From the NCBI RefSeq assembly GCF_030384885.1, contig NZ_CP128613.1: 64,000 bases of DNA; one strand, written 5' to 3'. The notes beneath the pieces are model-generated. The model saw only the letters and a program-made list of their open reading frames with translations, was not told where the DNA came from and ran no database searches. The number at the start of each line of letters is the position of its first letter. The stretch's first letter is position 1. Origin of the DNA: Escherichia coli. Its GTDB lineage: Bacteria; Pseudomonadota; Gammaproteobacteria; Enterobacterales; Enterobacteriaceae. The translations under genes and the position numbers were made by a program. Positions 31,391 to 44,531 of this stretch are shown here, one piece after another.

Positions 31391-32554
31391 ATGTCTGTAA
31401 TTAAGATGACCGATCTGGATCTTGCTGGGAAACGTGTATTTATCCGTGCGGATCTGAACGTACCAGTAAAAGACGGGAAAGTAACCAGCGACGCGCGTAT
31501 CCGTGCTTCTCTGCCGACCATCGAACTGGCCCTGAAACAAGGCGCGAAAGTGATGGTAACTTCCCACCTGGGTCGTCCTACCGAAGGCGAGTACAACGAA
31601 GAATTCTCTCTGCTGCCGGTTGTTAACTACCTGAAAGACAAACTGTCTAACCCGGTTCGTCTGGTTAAAGATTACCTCGACGGCGTTGACGTTGCTGAAG
31701 GTGAACTGGTTGTTCTGGAAAACGTTCGCTTCAACAAAGGCGAGAAGAAAGACGACGAAACCCTGTCCAAAAAATATGCTGCACTGTGTGACGTGTTCGT
31801 AATGGACGCATTCGGTACTGCTCACCGCGCGCAGGCTTCTACTCACGGTATCGGTAAATTCGCTGATGTTGCGTGCGCAGGCCCGCTGCTGGCAGCTGAA
31901 CTGGACGCGCTGGGTAAAGCACTGAAAGAACCTGCTCGCCCGATGGTGGCTATCGTTGGTGGTTCTAAAGTATCTACCAAACTGACCGTTCTGGATTCCC
32001 TGTCCAAAATCGCTGACCAGCTGATCGTGGGTGGTGGTATCGCTAACACCTTTATCGCGGCACAAGGCCACGATGTGGGTAAATCCCTGTACGAAGCTGA
32101 CCTGGTTGACGAAGCAAAACGTCTGCTGACCACCTGCAACATTCCGGTTCCGTCTGACGTTCGCGTAGCAACTGAGTTCTCTGAAACTGCACCGGCTACC
32201 CTGAAATCTGTTAACGATGTGAAAGCTGACGAGCAGATCCTGGATATCGGCGATGCTTCTGCGCAGGAACTGGCTGAAATCCTGAAGAATGCGAAAACCA
32301 TTCTGTGGAACGGCCCGGTTGGCGTGTTCGAATTCCCGAACTTCCGCAAAGGTACTGAAATCGTGGCTAACGCTATCGCAGACAGCGAAGCGTTCTCCAT
32401 CGCTGGTGGCGGTGACACTCTGGCAGCAATCGACCTGTTCGGCATTGCTGACAAAATCTCCTACATCTCCACTGGCGGCGGCGCATTCCTCGAATTCGTG
32501 GAAGGTAAAGTACTGCCTGCAGTAGCGATGCTCGAAGAGCGCGCTAAGAAGTAA
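31391..32554 (+). CDS. pgk: Phosphoglycerate kinase
   Basis: 387 aa from [25 protein letters not shown]. Confidence 0.95.
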
Positions 32555-32616
32555 AAAATCACAGGGCAGGGAAACCTGCCCTTGTTGCAGCGCGCTTTTA
32601 GAGCACGCATTTTTTC

Positions 32617-32742
32617 ATACTCTAAATAATTCGAGTTGCAGGAAGGCGACAAGAGAGTGAATCCCCTGGAGCTTACATAAGTAAGTGACTGGGGTGAGCG
32701 AACGCAGACGCAGCACATGCAACTTGAAGTATGACGAGTATA
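32617..32742. repeat. ERIC/IRU element (copy 1) in the pgk-fbaA spacer
   Basis: Contains gtgaatcccc(t/a)ggagcttacat and aagtaagtgactggggtgagcg, the ERIC1R/ERIC2 primer sites; near-identical inverted copy at 44376-44500. Confidence 0.8.
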
Positions 32743-32768
32743 AGGCCCGACGATACAGGACAAGAGAC

Positions 32769-33848
32769 ATGTCTAAGATTTTTGATTTCGTAAAACCTGG
32801 CGTAATCACTGGTGATGACGTACAGAAAGTTTTCCAGGTAGCAAAAGAAAACAACTTCGCACTGCCAGCAGTAAACTGCGTCGGTACTGACTCCATCAAC
32901 GCCGTACTGGAAACCGCTGCTAAAGTTAAAGCGCCGGTTATCGTTCAGTTCTCCAACGGTGGTGCTTCCTTTATCGCTGGTAAAGGCGTGAAATCTGACG
33001 TTCCGCAGGGTGCTGCTATCCTGGGTGCGATCTCTGGTGCGCATCACGTTCACCAGATGGCTGAACACTATGGTGTTCCAGTGATCCTGCACACCGACCA
33101 CTGCGCGAAAAAACTGCTGCCGTGGATCGACGGTCTGCTGGACGCGGGTGAAAAACACTTCGCAGCTACCGGTAAGCCGCTGTTCTCTTCTCACATGATC
33201 GACCTGTCTGAAGAATCTCTGCAAGAGAACATCGAAATCTGCTCTAAATACCTGGAGCGTATGTCCAAAATCGGCATGACTCTGGAAATCGAACTGGGTT
33301 GCACCGGTGGTGAAGAAGACGGCGTGGACAACAGCCACATGGACGCTTCTGCACTGTACACCCAGCCGGAAGACGTTGATTACGCATACACCGAGCTGAG
33401 CAAAATCAGCCCGCGCTTCACCATCGCAGCGTCCTTCGGTAACGTACACGGCGTATACAAGCCGGGTAACGTTGTTCTGACTCCGACCATCCTGCGTGAC
33501 TCTCAGGAATATGTTTCCAAGAAACACAACCTGCCGCACAACAGCCTGAACTTCGTATTCCACGGCGGTTCCGGTTCTACTGCTCAGGAAATCAAAGACT
33601 CCGTAAGCTACGGCGTAGTGAAAATGAACATCGATACCGATACCCAATGGGCAACCTGGGAAGGTGTTCTGAACTACTACAAAGCGAACGAAGCTTATCT
33701 GCAGGGTCAGTTGGGCAACCCGAAAGGCGAAGATCAGCCGAACAAGAAATACTACGATCCGCGCGTATGGCTGCGTGCCGGTCAGACTTCGATGATCGCT
33801 CGTCTGGAAAAAGCATTCCAGGAACTGAACGCGATCGACGTTCTGTAA
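32769..33848 (+). CDS. fbaA: Fructose-bisphosphate aldolase class II
   Basis: 359 aa from MSKIFDFVKPGVITGDDVQKVF; the track ORF N-terminal extension runs through the ERIC element. Confidence 0.95.
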   Translation: MSKIFDFVKPGVITGDDVQKVFQVAKENNFALPAVNCVGTDSINAVLETAAKVKAPVIVQFSNGGASFIAGKGVKSDVPQGAAILGAISGAHHVHQMAEHYGVPVILHTDHCAKKLLPWIDGLLDAGEKHFAATGKPLFSSHMIDLSEESLQENIEICSKYLERMSKIGMTLEIELGCTGGEEDGVDNSHMDASALYTQPEDVDYAYTELSKISPRFTIAASFGNVHGVYKPGNVVLTPTILRDSQEYVSKKHNLPHNSLNFVFHGGSGSTAQEIKDSVSYGVVKMNIDTDTQWATWEGVLNYYKANEAYLQGQLGNPKGEDQPNKKYYDPRVWLRAGQTSMIARLEKAFQELNAIDVL

Positions 33849-34038
33849 GATATTCCTTTCTGCTTATCTCAAGGCCCGCTCTGCGGGTCTTTTTTTCGCC
33901 AAAAGCAAGGTGATGCAGATGAGAAATCTGTGATCTATTTGGCAAAATTATGCTTTATTGTTTACCCTTGTCAGACTGCCCGTCATAAGGCGGCGGAGTG
34001 TATTTCTCCATTTTGAGTCAGTTGAAAAGGAATATTGA

Positions 34039-34899
<861 letters not shown>

Positions 34900-35037
34900 T
34901 CAACGCTGAGGCCAGATAATACTCTCTGGCCTCTCTCTTATTAGTTTTTCTGATTGCCAATTAATATTATCAATTTCCGCTAATAACAATCCCGCGATAT
35001 AGTCTCTTCATCAGATACTTAATTCGGAATATCCAAC

Positions 35038-35673
35038 GTGTTTTCTTATTACTTTCAAGGTCTTGCACTTGGGGCAGCTATGATCCTGCCGCTCGGTCCA
35101 CAAAATGCTTTTGTGATGAATCAGGGCATTCGTCGTCAGTACCACATTATGATTGCCTTACTTTGTGCTATCAGCGATTTGGTCCTGATTTGCGCCGGGA
35201 TTTTTGGTGGCAGTGCGTTATTGATGCAGTCGCCGTGGTTGCTTGCGCTGGTCACCTGGGGCGGCGTAGCCTTCTTGCTGTGGTATGGTTTTGGCGCTTT
35301 TAAAACCGCAATGAGCAGTAATATTGAGTTAGCCAGTGCCGAAGTCATGAAGCAAGGCAGATGGAAAATTATCGCCACCATGTTGGCAGTGACCTGGCTG
35401 AATCCGCATGTTTACCTGGATACTTTTGTGGTGCTGGGTAGCCTTGGGGGGCAGCTTGATGTTGAACCAAAACGTTGGTTTGCGCTCGGGACAATTAGCG
35501 CCTCTTTCCTGTGGTTCTTTGGTCTGGCTCTTCTCGCAGCCTGGCTGGCACCGCGCCTGCGCACGGCAAAATCACAGCGCATTATCAATCTGGTAGTGGG
35601 ATGTGTTATGTGGTTTATTGCCTTGCAGCTGGCGAGAGACGGTATTGCTCATGCACAAGCCTTGTTCAGTTAG
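35038..35673 (+). CDS. argO: Arginine exporter (LysE family)
   Basis: 211-aa ORF starting at GTG 35038 ([25 protein letters not shown]). Confidence 0.85.
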   Translation: MFSYYFQGLALGAAMILPLGPQNAFVMNQGIRRQYHIMIALLCAISDLVLICAGIFGGSALLMQSPWLLALVTWGGVAFLLWYGFGAFKTAMSSNIELASAEVMKQGRWKIIATMLAVTWLNPHVYLDTFVVLGSLGGQLDVEPKRWFALGTISASFLWFFGLALLAAWLAPRLRTAKSQRIINLVVGCVMWFIALQLARDGIAHAQALFS

Positions 35674-35765
35674 GCGCTATCTGATGGAAAAATAAAACAG
35701 AGGCGCTAAGCTTGCCTCCAGAGGTCCTGAATTTTGGGCAAGTCAATTAACACGGAGAGACTAAC

Positions 35766-36506
35766 GTGAAGTTCAAAGTTATCGCCCTGGCGGCATTAAT
35801 GGGTATTAGCGGGATGGCAGCGCAGGCTAACGAATTGCCGGATGGACCGCATATTGTCACCTCCGGTACGGCAAGCGTGGATGCGGTGCCAGACATTGCC
35901 ACTCTTGCGATTGAAGTCAACGTGGCCGCGAAGGATGCCGCTACTGCCAAGAAACAGGCGGATGAGCGCGTCGCACAATACATTTCCTTCCTTGAACTCA
36001 ATCAGATCGCGAAAAAAGATATCAGCTCAGCGAACTTACGCACCCAGCCAGATTATGATTATCAGGATGGTAAAAGTATCCTGAAAGGCTACCGTGCTGT
36101 GAGAACGGTGGAAGTCACGCTCCGTCAGTTAGACAAACTGAATTCCTTGCTGGATGGTGCGCTGAAGGCGGGTCTTAACGAAATTCGTTCTGTATCGCTG
36201 GGCGTGGCGCAGCCGGATGCCTATAAAGACAAAGCGCGTAAGGCAGCGATTGATAACGCGATTCATCAGGCGCAGGAACTGGCGAACGGCTTTCATCGTA
36301 AACTAGGGCCGGTATATAGCGTGCGCTACCATGTTTCCAACTATCAGCCCAGCCCAATGGTGCGGATGATGAAAGCCGATGCCGCGCCGGTCTCAGCCCA
36401 GGAAACTTACGAGCAGGCTGCTATTCAGTTTGATGATCAGGTCGATGTGGTCTTCCAGTTAGAACCTGTGGATCAACAACCCGCTAAAACACCTGCCGCA
36501 CAATAA
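35766..36506 (+). CDS. yggE: DUF541 periplasmic protein YggE (oxidative-stress associated)
   Basis: 246-aa ORF with signal peptide MKFKVIALAALMGISGMAAQA. Confidence 0.85.
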   Translation: MKFKVIALAALMGISGMAAQANELPDGPHIVTSGTASVDAVPDIATLAIEVNVAAKDAATAKKQADERVAQYISFLELNQIAKKDISSANLRTQPDYDYQDGKSILKGYRAVRTVEVTLRQLDKLNSLLDGALKAGLNEIRSVSLGVAQPDAYKDKARKAAIDNAIHQAQELANGFHRKLGPVYSVRYHVSNYQPSPMVRMMKADAAPVSAQETYEQAAIQFDDQVDVVFQLEPVDQQPAKTPAAQ

Positions 36507-36673
36507 TACTTGTAGCCCGACGTATTGGTCGGGCTAATGCCTTTACCCGATATTGCCTCCTTTTTCTGTAATTTTCTGTAAAACCATGACGTAATCACCT
36601 ATCTTTGCTCGCGGTTTCATCAAGGATAGGCTGACTGAAACGGTTAAGCGGACAAGGATGCGGGGGAGCGGGG

Positions 36674-37570
36674 ATGGACATTTTTATTTCGAAAAAGATG
36701 CGCAATTTCATTTTATTAGCGCAAACCAATAATATTGCCCGGGCGGCAGAAAAAATCCATATGACGGCTTCGCCATTTGGCAAAAGCATTGCCGCGCTGG
36801 AAGAACAAATTGGCTATACGCTATTTACCCGCAAAGATAATAATATCAGCCTCAATAAAGCCGGGCAGGAACTGTATCAAAAACTGTTCCCGGTTTATCA
36901 ACGGCTTTCTGCGATTGATAATGAAATCCATAACTCAGGACGTCGTTCACGAGAAATTGTGATAGGCATAGATAATACTTATCCGACCATTATTTTTGAT
37001 CAGTTGATTAGTCTCGGAGATAAGTACGAAGGCGTGACCGCCCAGCCAGTTGAGTTCAGCGAAAACGGCGTTATCGATAATCTTTTTGACCGTCAGTTAG
37101 ATTTTATAATCTCCCCACAGCATGTATCTGCACGAGTTCAGGAACTGGAAAACCTGACTATCAGTGAACTACCACCGCTGCGATTGGGCTTTCTCGTTTC
37201 TCGCCGTTATGAAGAGCGACAAGAGCAAGAGTTGCTTCAGGAGCTACCGTGGCTACAAATGCGCTTTCAGAACCGGGCCAACTTCGAAGCAATGATTGAT
37301 GCGAATATGCGTCCTTGTGGGATCAATCCCACCATTATTTATCGACCTTACAGTTTTATGGCCAAAATCAGCGCCGTGGAGCGCGGACATTTTCTGACGG
37401 TGATCCCGCATTTTGCCTGGCGACTGGTGAATCCGGCAACGCTGAAATATTTTGATGCGCCGCACAAGCCGATGTATATGCAGGAATATCTTTATTCAAT
37501 CAGAAATCATCGATATACCGCCACGATGCTTCAGCATATTGCTGAAGATCGTGACGGGACGAGTCATTAA
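36674..37570 (+). CDS. ygfI: LysR-family transcriptional regulator YgfI
   Basis: 298-aa ORF; N-terminal HTH; convergent 4-nt overlap with scpC. Confidence 0.8.
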   Translation: MDIFISKKMRNFILLAQTNNIARAAEKIHMTASPFGKSIAALEEQIGYTLFTRKDNNISLNKAGQELYQKLFPVYQRLSAIDNEIHNSGRRSREIVIGIDNTYPTIIFDQLISLGDKYEGVTAQPVEFSENGVIDNLFDRQLDFIISPQHVSARVQELENLTISELPPLRLGFLVSRRYEERQEQELLQELPWLQMRFQNRANFEAMIDANMRPCGINPTIIYRPYSFMAKISAVERGHFLTVIPHFAWRLVNPATLKYFDAPHKPMYMQEYLYSIRNHRYTATMLQHIAEDRDGTSH

Positions 37571-39045
37571 CCCAGCATCGAGCCGGTTGCGATTAAATTA
37601 CGGTGTAAGTCAAAGACGTGGCTAAGATCGTGGTGAATATGTCCGCCGGGCGCATTTTCCAGATAGCGATGCAGATAATCCCGATACATAGGATGTGCAC
37701 AATTATCAATGATGGTGCGGGCGCGTTGAAGCGGGGAAAGACCACGCAGATCGGCGATCCCTTGTTCGGTGATGATCACTTTGACGCTGTGTTCGCTGTG
37801 ATCAACATGGCTGCACATTGGCACGACGGTTGAGATCTTGCCTTCTTTAGCAATCGACGGGGCCATAAAGATCGACAGATACGCGTTGCGTTCAAAATCA
37901 CCGCTGCCACCGATGCCGTTCATCAGATCGACCCCGGCTACGTGCGTTGAGTTGGCATGCCCGTAAATATCAAACTCCAGGCCGACGTTCAGAGCGATGA
38001 CGCCCAGACGACGGATGATTTCCGGGTTATTGGAAATCTCCTGCGGACGCAACACAATGCGGCTGGCAAAGTAATCCATATTGTCGTAAATCTTGCGCAG
38101 GGAATCGGCCGAGATAGTCAGGCTGGAGGCGCTGGCCCCGCTGATTTTGCCCGTTTCCAGTAAATGCACCACCGATTCCTGTAGCACTTCCGAATACATC
38201 ATGAACGGAGGAATTTCCGGGTTTTCCCCTAGTCGCGCCATGACTGCATTATTGATATTGCCCACGCCACTTTGCAGCGGCAGAAATTCCGGCGGAATAC
38301 GCCCATGCGCCATTTCCTGCAACAAGAACGTGACCACGTTATCGGCAATCTGCTGGCACATGGGATTTTGCTTATCCAGCATATTACCGGCGTCGGGCAA
38401 GTTGGTTTCCACGACGGCGACAATCTTTTTCGGATCGATTTGCACATAGCGGGTACCGACGCGATCCATTGCATGGAAGATCGACACGCTATTGCGCCGC
38501 GGTGGCGCGCCAGGAATCACAATATCCGCCAGTTCTGCAACGCGCGGATCGTGATAGTGATTGAGTTCAATGATCACTTTCTTCGCCCGCAGCAGCCAGG
38601 TCGGCGCATTACCGATCCCGCTGGTTAACCAGACTCGACCATCCGGTGCCAGTGCCGATGCTTCAATGACGGCAACATCAATTTCGCCGAAGAAACCGTA
38701 ATTGACCATTTGCGCCACTTCGCTCAAATGCAGGTCAACGAAACTCACCGCGCCCTGATTGATCTTTTTACGTAAACCGGACGATGTTTGATATGGCGCA
38801 CGCCAGGAAACAGCATCGGCGTCAGAAAGTACATCGTCAGCGGCGGCGCTGATTGACGCCCCCGTCAGCAGGCGGATTTGATACGGCTTTTTGGCCTCAT
38901 GCTGTTCGTTAGCTCTGCGGGCAATCGCGTTGGGTAGGGCTTTCGGCGAACCCGCCGGGGTAAAGCCGCTAAATGCCACCATGTCGTTATGCTGGATAAT
39001 TTCTGCCGCTTCATCGGCGGTCATCCTTGTCCACTGAGTTTCCAT
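37567..39045 (-). CDS. scpC: Propionyl-CoA:succinate CoA transferase
   Basis: 492-aa ORF METQWTRMTADEAAEIIQHNDMVAFSGF; last gene of sbm operon. Confidence 0.9.
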   Translation of the reverse strand: METQWTRMTADEAAEIIQHNDMVAFSGFTPAGSPKALPNAIARRANEQHEAKKPYQIRLLTGASISAAADDVLSDADAVSWRAPYQTSSGLRKKINQGAVSFVDLHLSEVAQMVNYGFFGEIDVAVIEASALAPDGRVWLTSGIGNAPTWLLRAKKVIIELNHYHDPRVAELADIVIPGAPPRRNSVSIFHAMDRVGTRYVQIDPKKIVAVVETNLPDAGNMLDKQNPMCQQIADNVVTFLLQEMAHGRIPPEFLPLQSGVGNINNAVMARLGENPEIPPFMMYSEVLQESVVHLLETGKISGASASSLTISADSLRKIYDNMDYFASRIVLRPQEISNNPEIIRRLGVIALNVGLEFDIYGHANSTHVAGVDLMNGIGGSGDFERNAYLSIFMAPSIAKEGKISTVVPMCSHVDHSEHSVKVIITEQGIADLRGLSPLQRARTIIDNCAHPMYRDYLHRYLENAPGGHIHHDLSHVFDLHRNLIATGSMLG

Positions 39046-39068
39046 TTTTACTCCTTCGATCGCAGGGA

Positions 39069-39854
39069 TTAATGACCAACGAAATTAGGTTTACGTTTTT
39101 CGAGGAAAGCGTTCATCCCTTCCTGGTAATCTTCGCTGTCATAAACCGCGCGGCGCATCCCCTGAATACGTTCAAATTCATCGGAGTTCATGGTGTGCGC
39201 TTCGCCCAGTACACGCAGTTCTTCTTTGATAACGGCAATGGCTAACGGCGCTTTCTCAGAGATGTGGTGCGCCATTTGTAAGGTGAAATCTTCCAGTTCT
39301 TCCACTTCCACAACATGGTTGAGGATGCCGACAGCCAGCGCGCGCTGGGCTGTGATTGGCGAAGCGGTAAAAATCAGCTCTTTGACAATGTGGAAGCCCG
39401 CGTCGCGGGTCAGGTTGTGAATGCCGACCAGGTTATACGGGACGCCGAGGTTTACAGGCGTCATTGAGAAGGTTGAGGTACTGGCGGCGATGATCAGATC
39501 GGAACTCATGATCATTTCAAATGCGCCCCCCCAAACACTACCTTCCACCATCGAAATGATCGGTTTCGGGAATTTTTGGATCATGCGGGTGATTTGACGC
39601 AACGGATCATCATAGGAGAGCGGATCGCGACCGCCAGACGGCAGTTCGTGAATATCGTGACCTGCGGAGAAGACTTTGGATCCACTCGGCGCGCGCAAAA
39701 TGATACAGCGAATTTCCGGCCGGTTGAGATCGCTTAATGCCTGCATAAGATCATCAATAAAGACTTTACTTAAGGCATTAAGTTTTCGGCCATAGTTAAA
39801 CTCAATGACCGCCACTTTGTTGATAGTGACAACGTTCACATACTGATAAGACAT
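39069..39854 (-). CDS. scpB: Methylmalonyl-CoA decarboxylase (crotonase family)
   Basis: 261 aa from internal Met MSYQYVNVVTINKVAVIEFNYGRKLNAL. Confidence 0.9.
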   Translation of the reverse strand: MSYQYVNVVTINKVAVIEFNYGRKLNALSKVFIDDLMQALSDLNRPEIRCIILRAPSGSKVFSAGHDIHELPSGGRDPLSYDDPLRQITRMIQKFPKPIISMVEGSVWGGAFEMIMSSDLIIAASTSTFSMTPVNLGVPYNLVGIHNLTRDAGFHIVKELIFTASPITAQRALAVGILNHVVEVEELEDFTLQMAHHISEKAPLAIAVIKEELRVLGEAHTMNSDEFERIQGMRRAVYDSEDYQEGMNAFLEKRKPNFVGH

Positions 39855-39864
39855 AAAAATTCCT

Positions 39865-40860
39865 TTAATCAAAATATTGCGTCTGGATAAATTCACTGAG
39901 CTGTCGCAGGCCGGTGCGCGGTGAGAGCGTATTGTTTTTGACCGCTAAAAGCGTCTGGCGGTAATAGCGATCGAAATCTTCATTCGCGAACAGGTGATTC
40001 AGTACTTCTTCTTCGGTTTGTTTACGCAGCCATTCCACCGATTGTTGTTGCCGCACTTGCTGTAAACGACCACTGGCAGTTAGCGCGGTTTTGAAGTCGA
40101 TGATGGCGTGCCAGATCTCATCGATTCCACGTTTTTCCAGTGCGCTACAAGTCAGAACTCGTGGCTGCCATTCGTCGTATTTACGTCGCAGAATATGCAG
40201 GGCACTCTCGTACATATGCCGGGCAATGGCGACATTGGTATGGTTATCGCCATCGTCTTTGTTGATAACGATCAGATCTGCCACTTCCATCAGCCCCTTT
40301 TTAATCCCCTGCAGATCATCGCCGCCACCGGCAATTTGCAACGAGATAAAACAGTCCACCATGCGGGCAACTTCCGTTTCCGACTGTCCGACGCCAACCG
40401 TTTCGACAATCACTACGTCATAACCCGCCGCTTCGCATAACAGCATTAATTCCCGCGCTCGCTGACTGGCACCGCCCAGATGGCCGGAGGATGGTACCGG
40501 GCGAATAAACGCCGCCTCGGCACGCGCCAGGTCATTCATGCGGGTTTTATCCCCGAGAATGCTACCGCCAGTGACCGGGCTGCTGGGATCGACCGCAATA
40601 ACTGCAACCTTTAATCCCTCACGAATCAACAACATGCCAAAGGCTTCAAGAAAGGTACTTTTCCCCGCGCCGGGTGTGCCGGTAACACCCAGTCGCAGGG
40701 CGTTACCACAGAACGGCATAATGGCATCAAGCAGTTGCGTACTTAGCGCCTGATGACGCGGGTGACGGCTTTCCACCAGCGTCATGGCCTGGGCGAGCGT
40801 GGCACGCTCACCCTGACGTAAGCGGCGAATACTTTCTGCCAGCGTGGCTTCATTAATCAT
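39865..40860 (-). CDS. argK: Methylmalonyl-CoA mutase-associated GTPase (MeaB/ArgK)
   Basis: 331-aa ORF with P-loop GTPGAGKST; 8-nt overlap with scpA. Confidence 0.9.
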   Translation of the reverse strand: MINEATLAESIRRLRQGERATLAQAMTLVESRHPRHQALSTQLLDAIMPFCGNALRLGVTGTPGAGKSTFLEAFGMLLIREGLKVAVIAVDPSSPVTGGSILGDKTRMNDLARAEAAFIRPVPSSGHLGGASQRARELMLLCEAAGYDVVIVETVGVGQSETEVARMVDCFISLQIAGGGDDLQGIKKGLMEVADLIVINKDDGDNHTNVAIARHMYESALHILRRKYDEWQPRVLTCSALEKRGIDEIWHAIIDFKTALTASGRLQQVRQQQSVEWLRKQTEEEVLNHLFANEDFDRYYRQTLLAVKNNTLSPRTGLRQLSEFIQTQYFD

Positions 40861-42997
40861 GATGCTGGCTTATCAGATTCAGTACGTCGCGCACGCTGTC
40901 GAGCATAGGCGTACCTGGACCATAAATCGCCGCCACGCCGCGCTCCTGCAGGAAGGCGTAATCCTGCGGTGGAATGACGCCACCCGCGACCACGAAAATA
41001 TCTTCGCGATTCCATTTCTTCAGCGCTTCGACCAGTTCCGGGATCAGCGTTTTATGACCGGCAGCCAGTGAAGATGCGCCCACTATGTGAACGTCGTTTT
41101 CTACTGCCAGGCGGGCGATCTCTTCAGGTGTAGAGAACATCGGGCTTAAATCTACGTCGAAACCGAGATCGGAATAGGCGCTGGCGATCACTTTCGCGCC
41201 GCGATCGTGCCCATCCTGGCCCATTTTGGCGATCAGAATGCGCGGGCGACGACCATTGTCGGCAAGGAACTGCTCTGTTTGCGCAACAATGGCATCGAAC
41301 TCGGAGGCCGATTTTTCCGACTGATGATAGCTTTGCGCAATTACGCCGGTAACACACTGGCTTGGCACCAGATAACGGTCAAAAGCGGCTTCCAGCGCAT
41401 CGGATATTTCACCCAGGGTGGCGCGAACGCGAGCGGCATTAACAGCGGCAGCCAGCAGGTTTTCGTTATGCTGTGCGGCGTGAGTCAGGGCGTTCAACGC
41501 GGCGGTTACGGCGGCATCATCACGGGTGGCGCGAATGCGTTCCAGCGAAGCAATTTGCTCGTTACGCACCATCACGTTGTCGATCTCAAGTACATCGGTT
41601 TCGTCTTCGTGATCCAGTTTGTACTTGTTGACACCAACGATGACACGCTTGCCCTGGTCGATCAACGACTGTTCGCGCGCGGAGGCCTCTTCGATCATTC
41701 GTTTTGGCAGACCTGCTTCGATCGCTTTCGCCATGCCACCGGCTTCGTCGATCTGTTGGATAATGGCTCTGGCTTGTTTGACGATTTGATCGGTCAGCGA
41801 TTCAACGTAATAGGATCCGGCCAGTGGATCGACGGTGCGGCAGAGTTCTGATTCTTCCTGAATGATGATCTGGGTATTGCGGGCAATGCGTGCTGAGAAA
41901 TCGGTAGGCAAACCAAGCGCTTCATCAAAGGCGTTGGTATGCAGTGACTGAGTACCGCCCAGCGTTGCAGCCAGTGCTTCAATGGTGGTGCGGATAACGT
42001 TGTTATACGGATCCTGTTCAGTCAGGCTCCAGCCTGAGGTCTGGCAGTGGGTACGCAGCGCCAGTGATTTCGGATCCTGTGCGCCAAATCCACTGACCGC
42101 TTCGCTCCATAAATAACGTGCCGCACGCAACATGGCGACGTTCATAAACAGATCCATGCCAATGCCGAAGAAAAACGACAGGCGAGGAGCGAAGTCATCA
42201 ATTTTCAGCCCAGCGGAGATTGCTGCTTTGATGTACTCAATCCCATCAGCGAGCGTAAATGCTACCTGCTGCACGCAGTTGGCACCCGCTTCACCCATAT
42301 GGTAACCGCTGATACTGATGGTATTAAAGCGAGGCATGTTGCCAGAACACCAGGCAATGATGTCTGCGATAATACGCATTGACGGTTTCGGCGGGTAAAT
42401 ATAGGTGTTGCGGCAGAGATACTCTTTGAGGATATCGTTCTGAATGGTGCCTGTCAGTTTATCGGGCGTAACTCCTTGCTCTTCTGCGGCGACGATATAA
42501 AACGCCAGTACGGGTAACACTGCGCCATTCATGGTCATCGAAACCGACATTTTATCCAGCGGGATCTGGTCGAACAGGACTTTCATATCTTCCACGGTGT
42601 CGATAGCAACGCCCGCTTTGCCGACGTCGCCCGCCACGCGCGGGTTATCGGAGTCGTAGCCACGGTGGGTGGCAAGGTCAAACGCAACGGAAAGACCTTT
42701 TTGCCCGGCGGCCAGGTTACGGCGATAAAAAGCGTTGGACTCTTTTGCTGTTGAAAAACCAGCATACTGACGGATGGTCCACGGTTGGGCGGTATACATA
42801 GTGGCACGCGGGCCACGAACGTAGGGTGGCAAACCAGGAAGGGTACCGGTCACTTCCAGATTATCGAGATCGGCTTCAGTATACAGCGGCTTGATGGCGA
42901 TCCCTTCTGCGGTTTGCTGAACCAGCGAGTCGACAGTTTTCTCCCGACGGCTCAATTCCTTGTTGGCAAGCTGTTGCCACTCCTGCACGTTAGACAT
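40853..42997 (-). CDS. scpA: Methylmalonyl-CoA mutase (sleeping beauty mutase)
   Basis: 714 aa from [24 protein letters not shown]; C-terminal B12-binding domain. Confidence 0.9.
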   Translation of the reverse strand: MSNVQEWQQLANKELSRREKTVDSLVQQTAEGIAIKPLYTEADLDNLEVTGTLPGLPPYVRGPRATMYTAQPWTIRQYAGFSTAKESNAFYRRNLAAGQKGLSVAFDLATHRGYDSDNPRVAGDVGKAGVAIDTVEDMKVLFDQIPLDKMSVSMTMNGAVLPVLAFYIVAAEEQGVTPDKLTGTIQNDILKEYLCRNTYIYPPKPSMRIIADIIAWCSGNMPRFNTISISGYHMGEAGANCVQQVAFTLADGIEYIKAAISAGLKIDDFAPRLSFFFGIGMDLFMNVAMLRAARYLWSEAVSGFGAQDPKSLALRTHCQTSGWSLTEQDPYNNVIRTTIEALAATLGGTQSLHTNAFDEALGLPTDFSARIARNTQIIIQEESELCRTVDPLAGSYYVESLTDQIVKQARAIIQQIDEAGGMAKAIEAGLPKRMIEEASAREQSLIDQGKRVIVGVNKYKLDHEDETDVLEIDNVMVRNEQIASLERIRATRDDAAVTAALNALTHAAQHNENLLAAAVNAARVRATLGEISDALEAAFDRYLVPSQCVTGVIAQSYHQSEKSASEFDAIVAQTEQFLADNGRRPRILIAKMGQDGHDRGAKVIASAYSDLGFDVDLSPMFSTPEEIARLAVENDVHIVGASSLAAGHKTLIPELVEALKKWNREDIFVVAGGVIPPQDYAFLQERGVAAIYGPGTPMLDSVRDVLNLISQHHD

Positions 42998-43200
42998 TAT
43001 TTGCTCCATAAAACGCAATCAAAATGAGGGTATTTGCGCTTACGGTGAGCTTTTTACGTGGGTTTGTCGCCAGCAAAAAAAATGCATTCAGACGTCGTTT
43101 TTTGCCGCCTGAGATTTGTCTATTTTGTGATGTGATTCAAGGAATACAAAAAGAACTGGAGGTGATGCCTGGTATGTATTACCAGGCATTATTTGATGGA

Positions 43201-44094
43201 TTATTCCTGACGAAGAACTTTGTGACCATAATCGAGCAACGCATCAGTGACTTTACGCATCATGCGGCTTTCAGGAGCAAAGCGGTGCCAGTAGAGCATC
43301 CGGCGTTGAAATAGCCCTGGCGTTAAGTCAATCAGTTCGCCGCTGGCCAGTTCTTTCTCGATTTGCAGATGTGGGATCATACAGCAGGTGGTCCCCTGAC
43401 GAGCAAGTTGCACGAACGCTTCTGAAGAATTAACGATATGGCAGGGTACGCTGCCTGGAGGCAGATCAAAGTTTTGCTGCAAAAAGGCCTGGTGCATATC
43501 ATCAAGATGGTCAAACGCGACCACTGGCGCTTTCAGTAATGCCGAACGCGTTACGCCGTTAGGGAAATATTTTTCGGCGAACGGTTTTGAGCTGACGAAC
43601 AGATAGTCGAGCGCACCGAGCTTATCGACAAGACAACTCGGTAGCGCCTGATGTTGAATACTCACCGCGCCGACCACTTCGCCGCGACGCAGACGTTCCT
43701 GAGTGCGGGTTTCATCTTCTACCTGCAAGTTGAGGCGGATAGGCGAATCAGCTAACACAGGAGCCAGCGCCGGAAGCAACCACGTCGCCAGACTGTCAGC
43801 GTTGACCGCCAGTGAAAGCAGCAGCGGAGTTGAACCGGTTTGTTCATCGCCCAGCCACTCTTCTTCCAGTAACTCCACCTGGCGTAGCAGTGCCAGCAGT
43901 TTTTGCCCTTGTTCCGTCGGGCGCGGCGGTACGGTACGCACCAACAGCGGCTGCCCGAACATATTTTCCAGTTGCTTAATGCGCTGTGAGACGGCTGATT
44001 GTGTAATGCACAGCTTTTGTGCCGCGCGCTCAAATCCTCGTTCACGTATCACCGCATCCAGTGCCTGTAATGTTCTGTAGTCCGGGCGTTTCAT
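43201..44094 (-). CDS. argP: LysR-family regulator ArgP (IciA)
   Basis: 297 aa from internal Met [43 protein letters not shown]. Confidence 0.9.
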   Translation of the reverse strand: MKRPDYRTLQALDAVIRERGFERAAQKLCITQSAVSQRIKQLENMFGQPLLVRTVPPRPTEQGQKLLALLRQVELLEEEWLGDEQTGSTPLLLSLAVNADSLATWLLPALAPVLADSPIRLNLQVEDETRTQERLRRGEVVGAVSIQHQALPSCLVDKLGALDYLFVSSKPFAEKYFPNGVTRSALLKAPVVAFDHLDDMHQAFLQQNFDLPPGSVPCHIVNSSEAFVQLARQGTTCCMIPHLQIEKELASGELIDLTPGLFQRRMLYWHRFAPESRMMRKVTDALLDYGHKVLRQE

Positions 44095-44375
44095 TGCTGT
44101 TGTCTGCTCCTGGTAAATGCTTTTTCCTGCACTATGACACAATTTTGCGTCAGGTTGCATATACCGAAGCCGTCGGCGGGTACATTTGTATCAGTGGTTA
44201 AACACGCAGCTTAAAAGATCAGGGATTTGCGCTATTGCATTTCGCTCAGCGAGTTCGCGCCCTGGAGCGGCATACCCAGAACTTTATATGCTTTGTTTGC
44301 GGGGCGAAAGTTTATGGATGAGTTAACCACGCGACTTGCCAACGGGGTCTGAATCGCTTTTTTTTGTATATACTC

Positions 44376-44500
44376 GTCATACTTCAAGTTGCATGTGCTG
44401 CGTCTGCGTTCGCTCACCCCAGTCACTTACTTCTGTAAGCTCCTGGGGATTCACTCTCTTGTCGCCTTCCTGCAACTCGAATTATTTAGAGTATAATGCG
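44376..44500. repeat. ERIC/IRU element (copy 2, inverted) in the argP-rpiA spacer
   Basis: Reverse complement of copy 1 with two substitutions in the central stem region. Confidence 0.8.
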
Positions 44501-44531
44501 AGTGAAATTTCATACCACAGGCGAAACGATC

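Noticed and set aside
44232-44426. 64-aa ORF beginning MTGVSERRRSTCNLKYDEY, and the identical N-terminal extension of the fbaA track ORF
   Set aside because: The shared peptide is a translation of the two ERIC repeat copies; repeat-derived frames rather than genes. fbaA is taken to start at the internal Met (32769).
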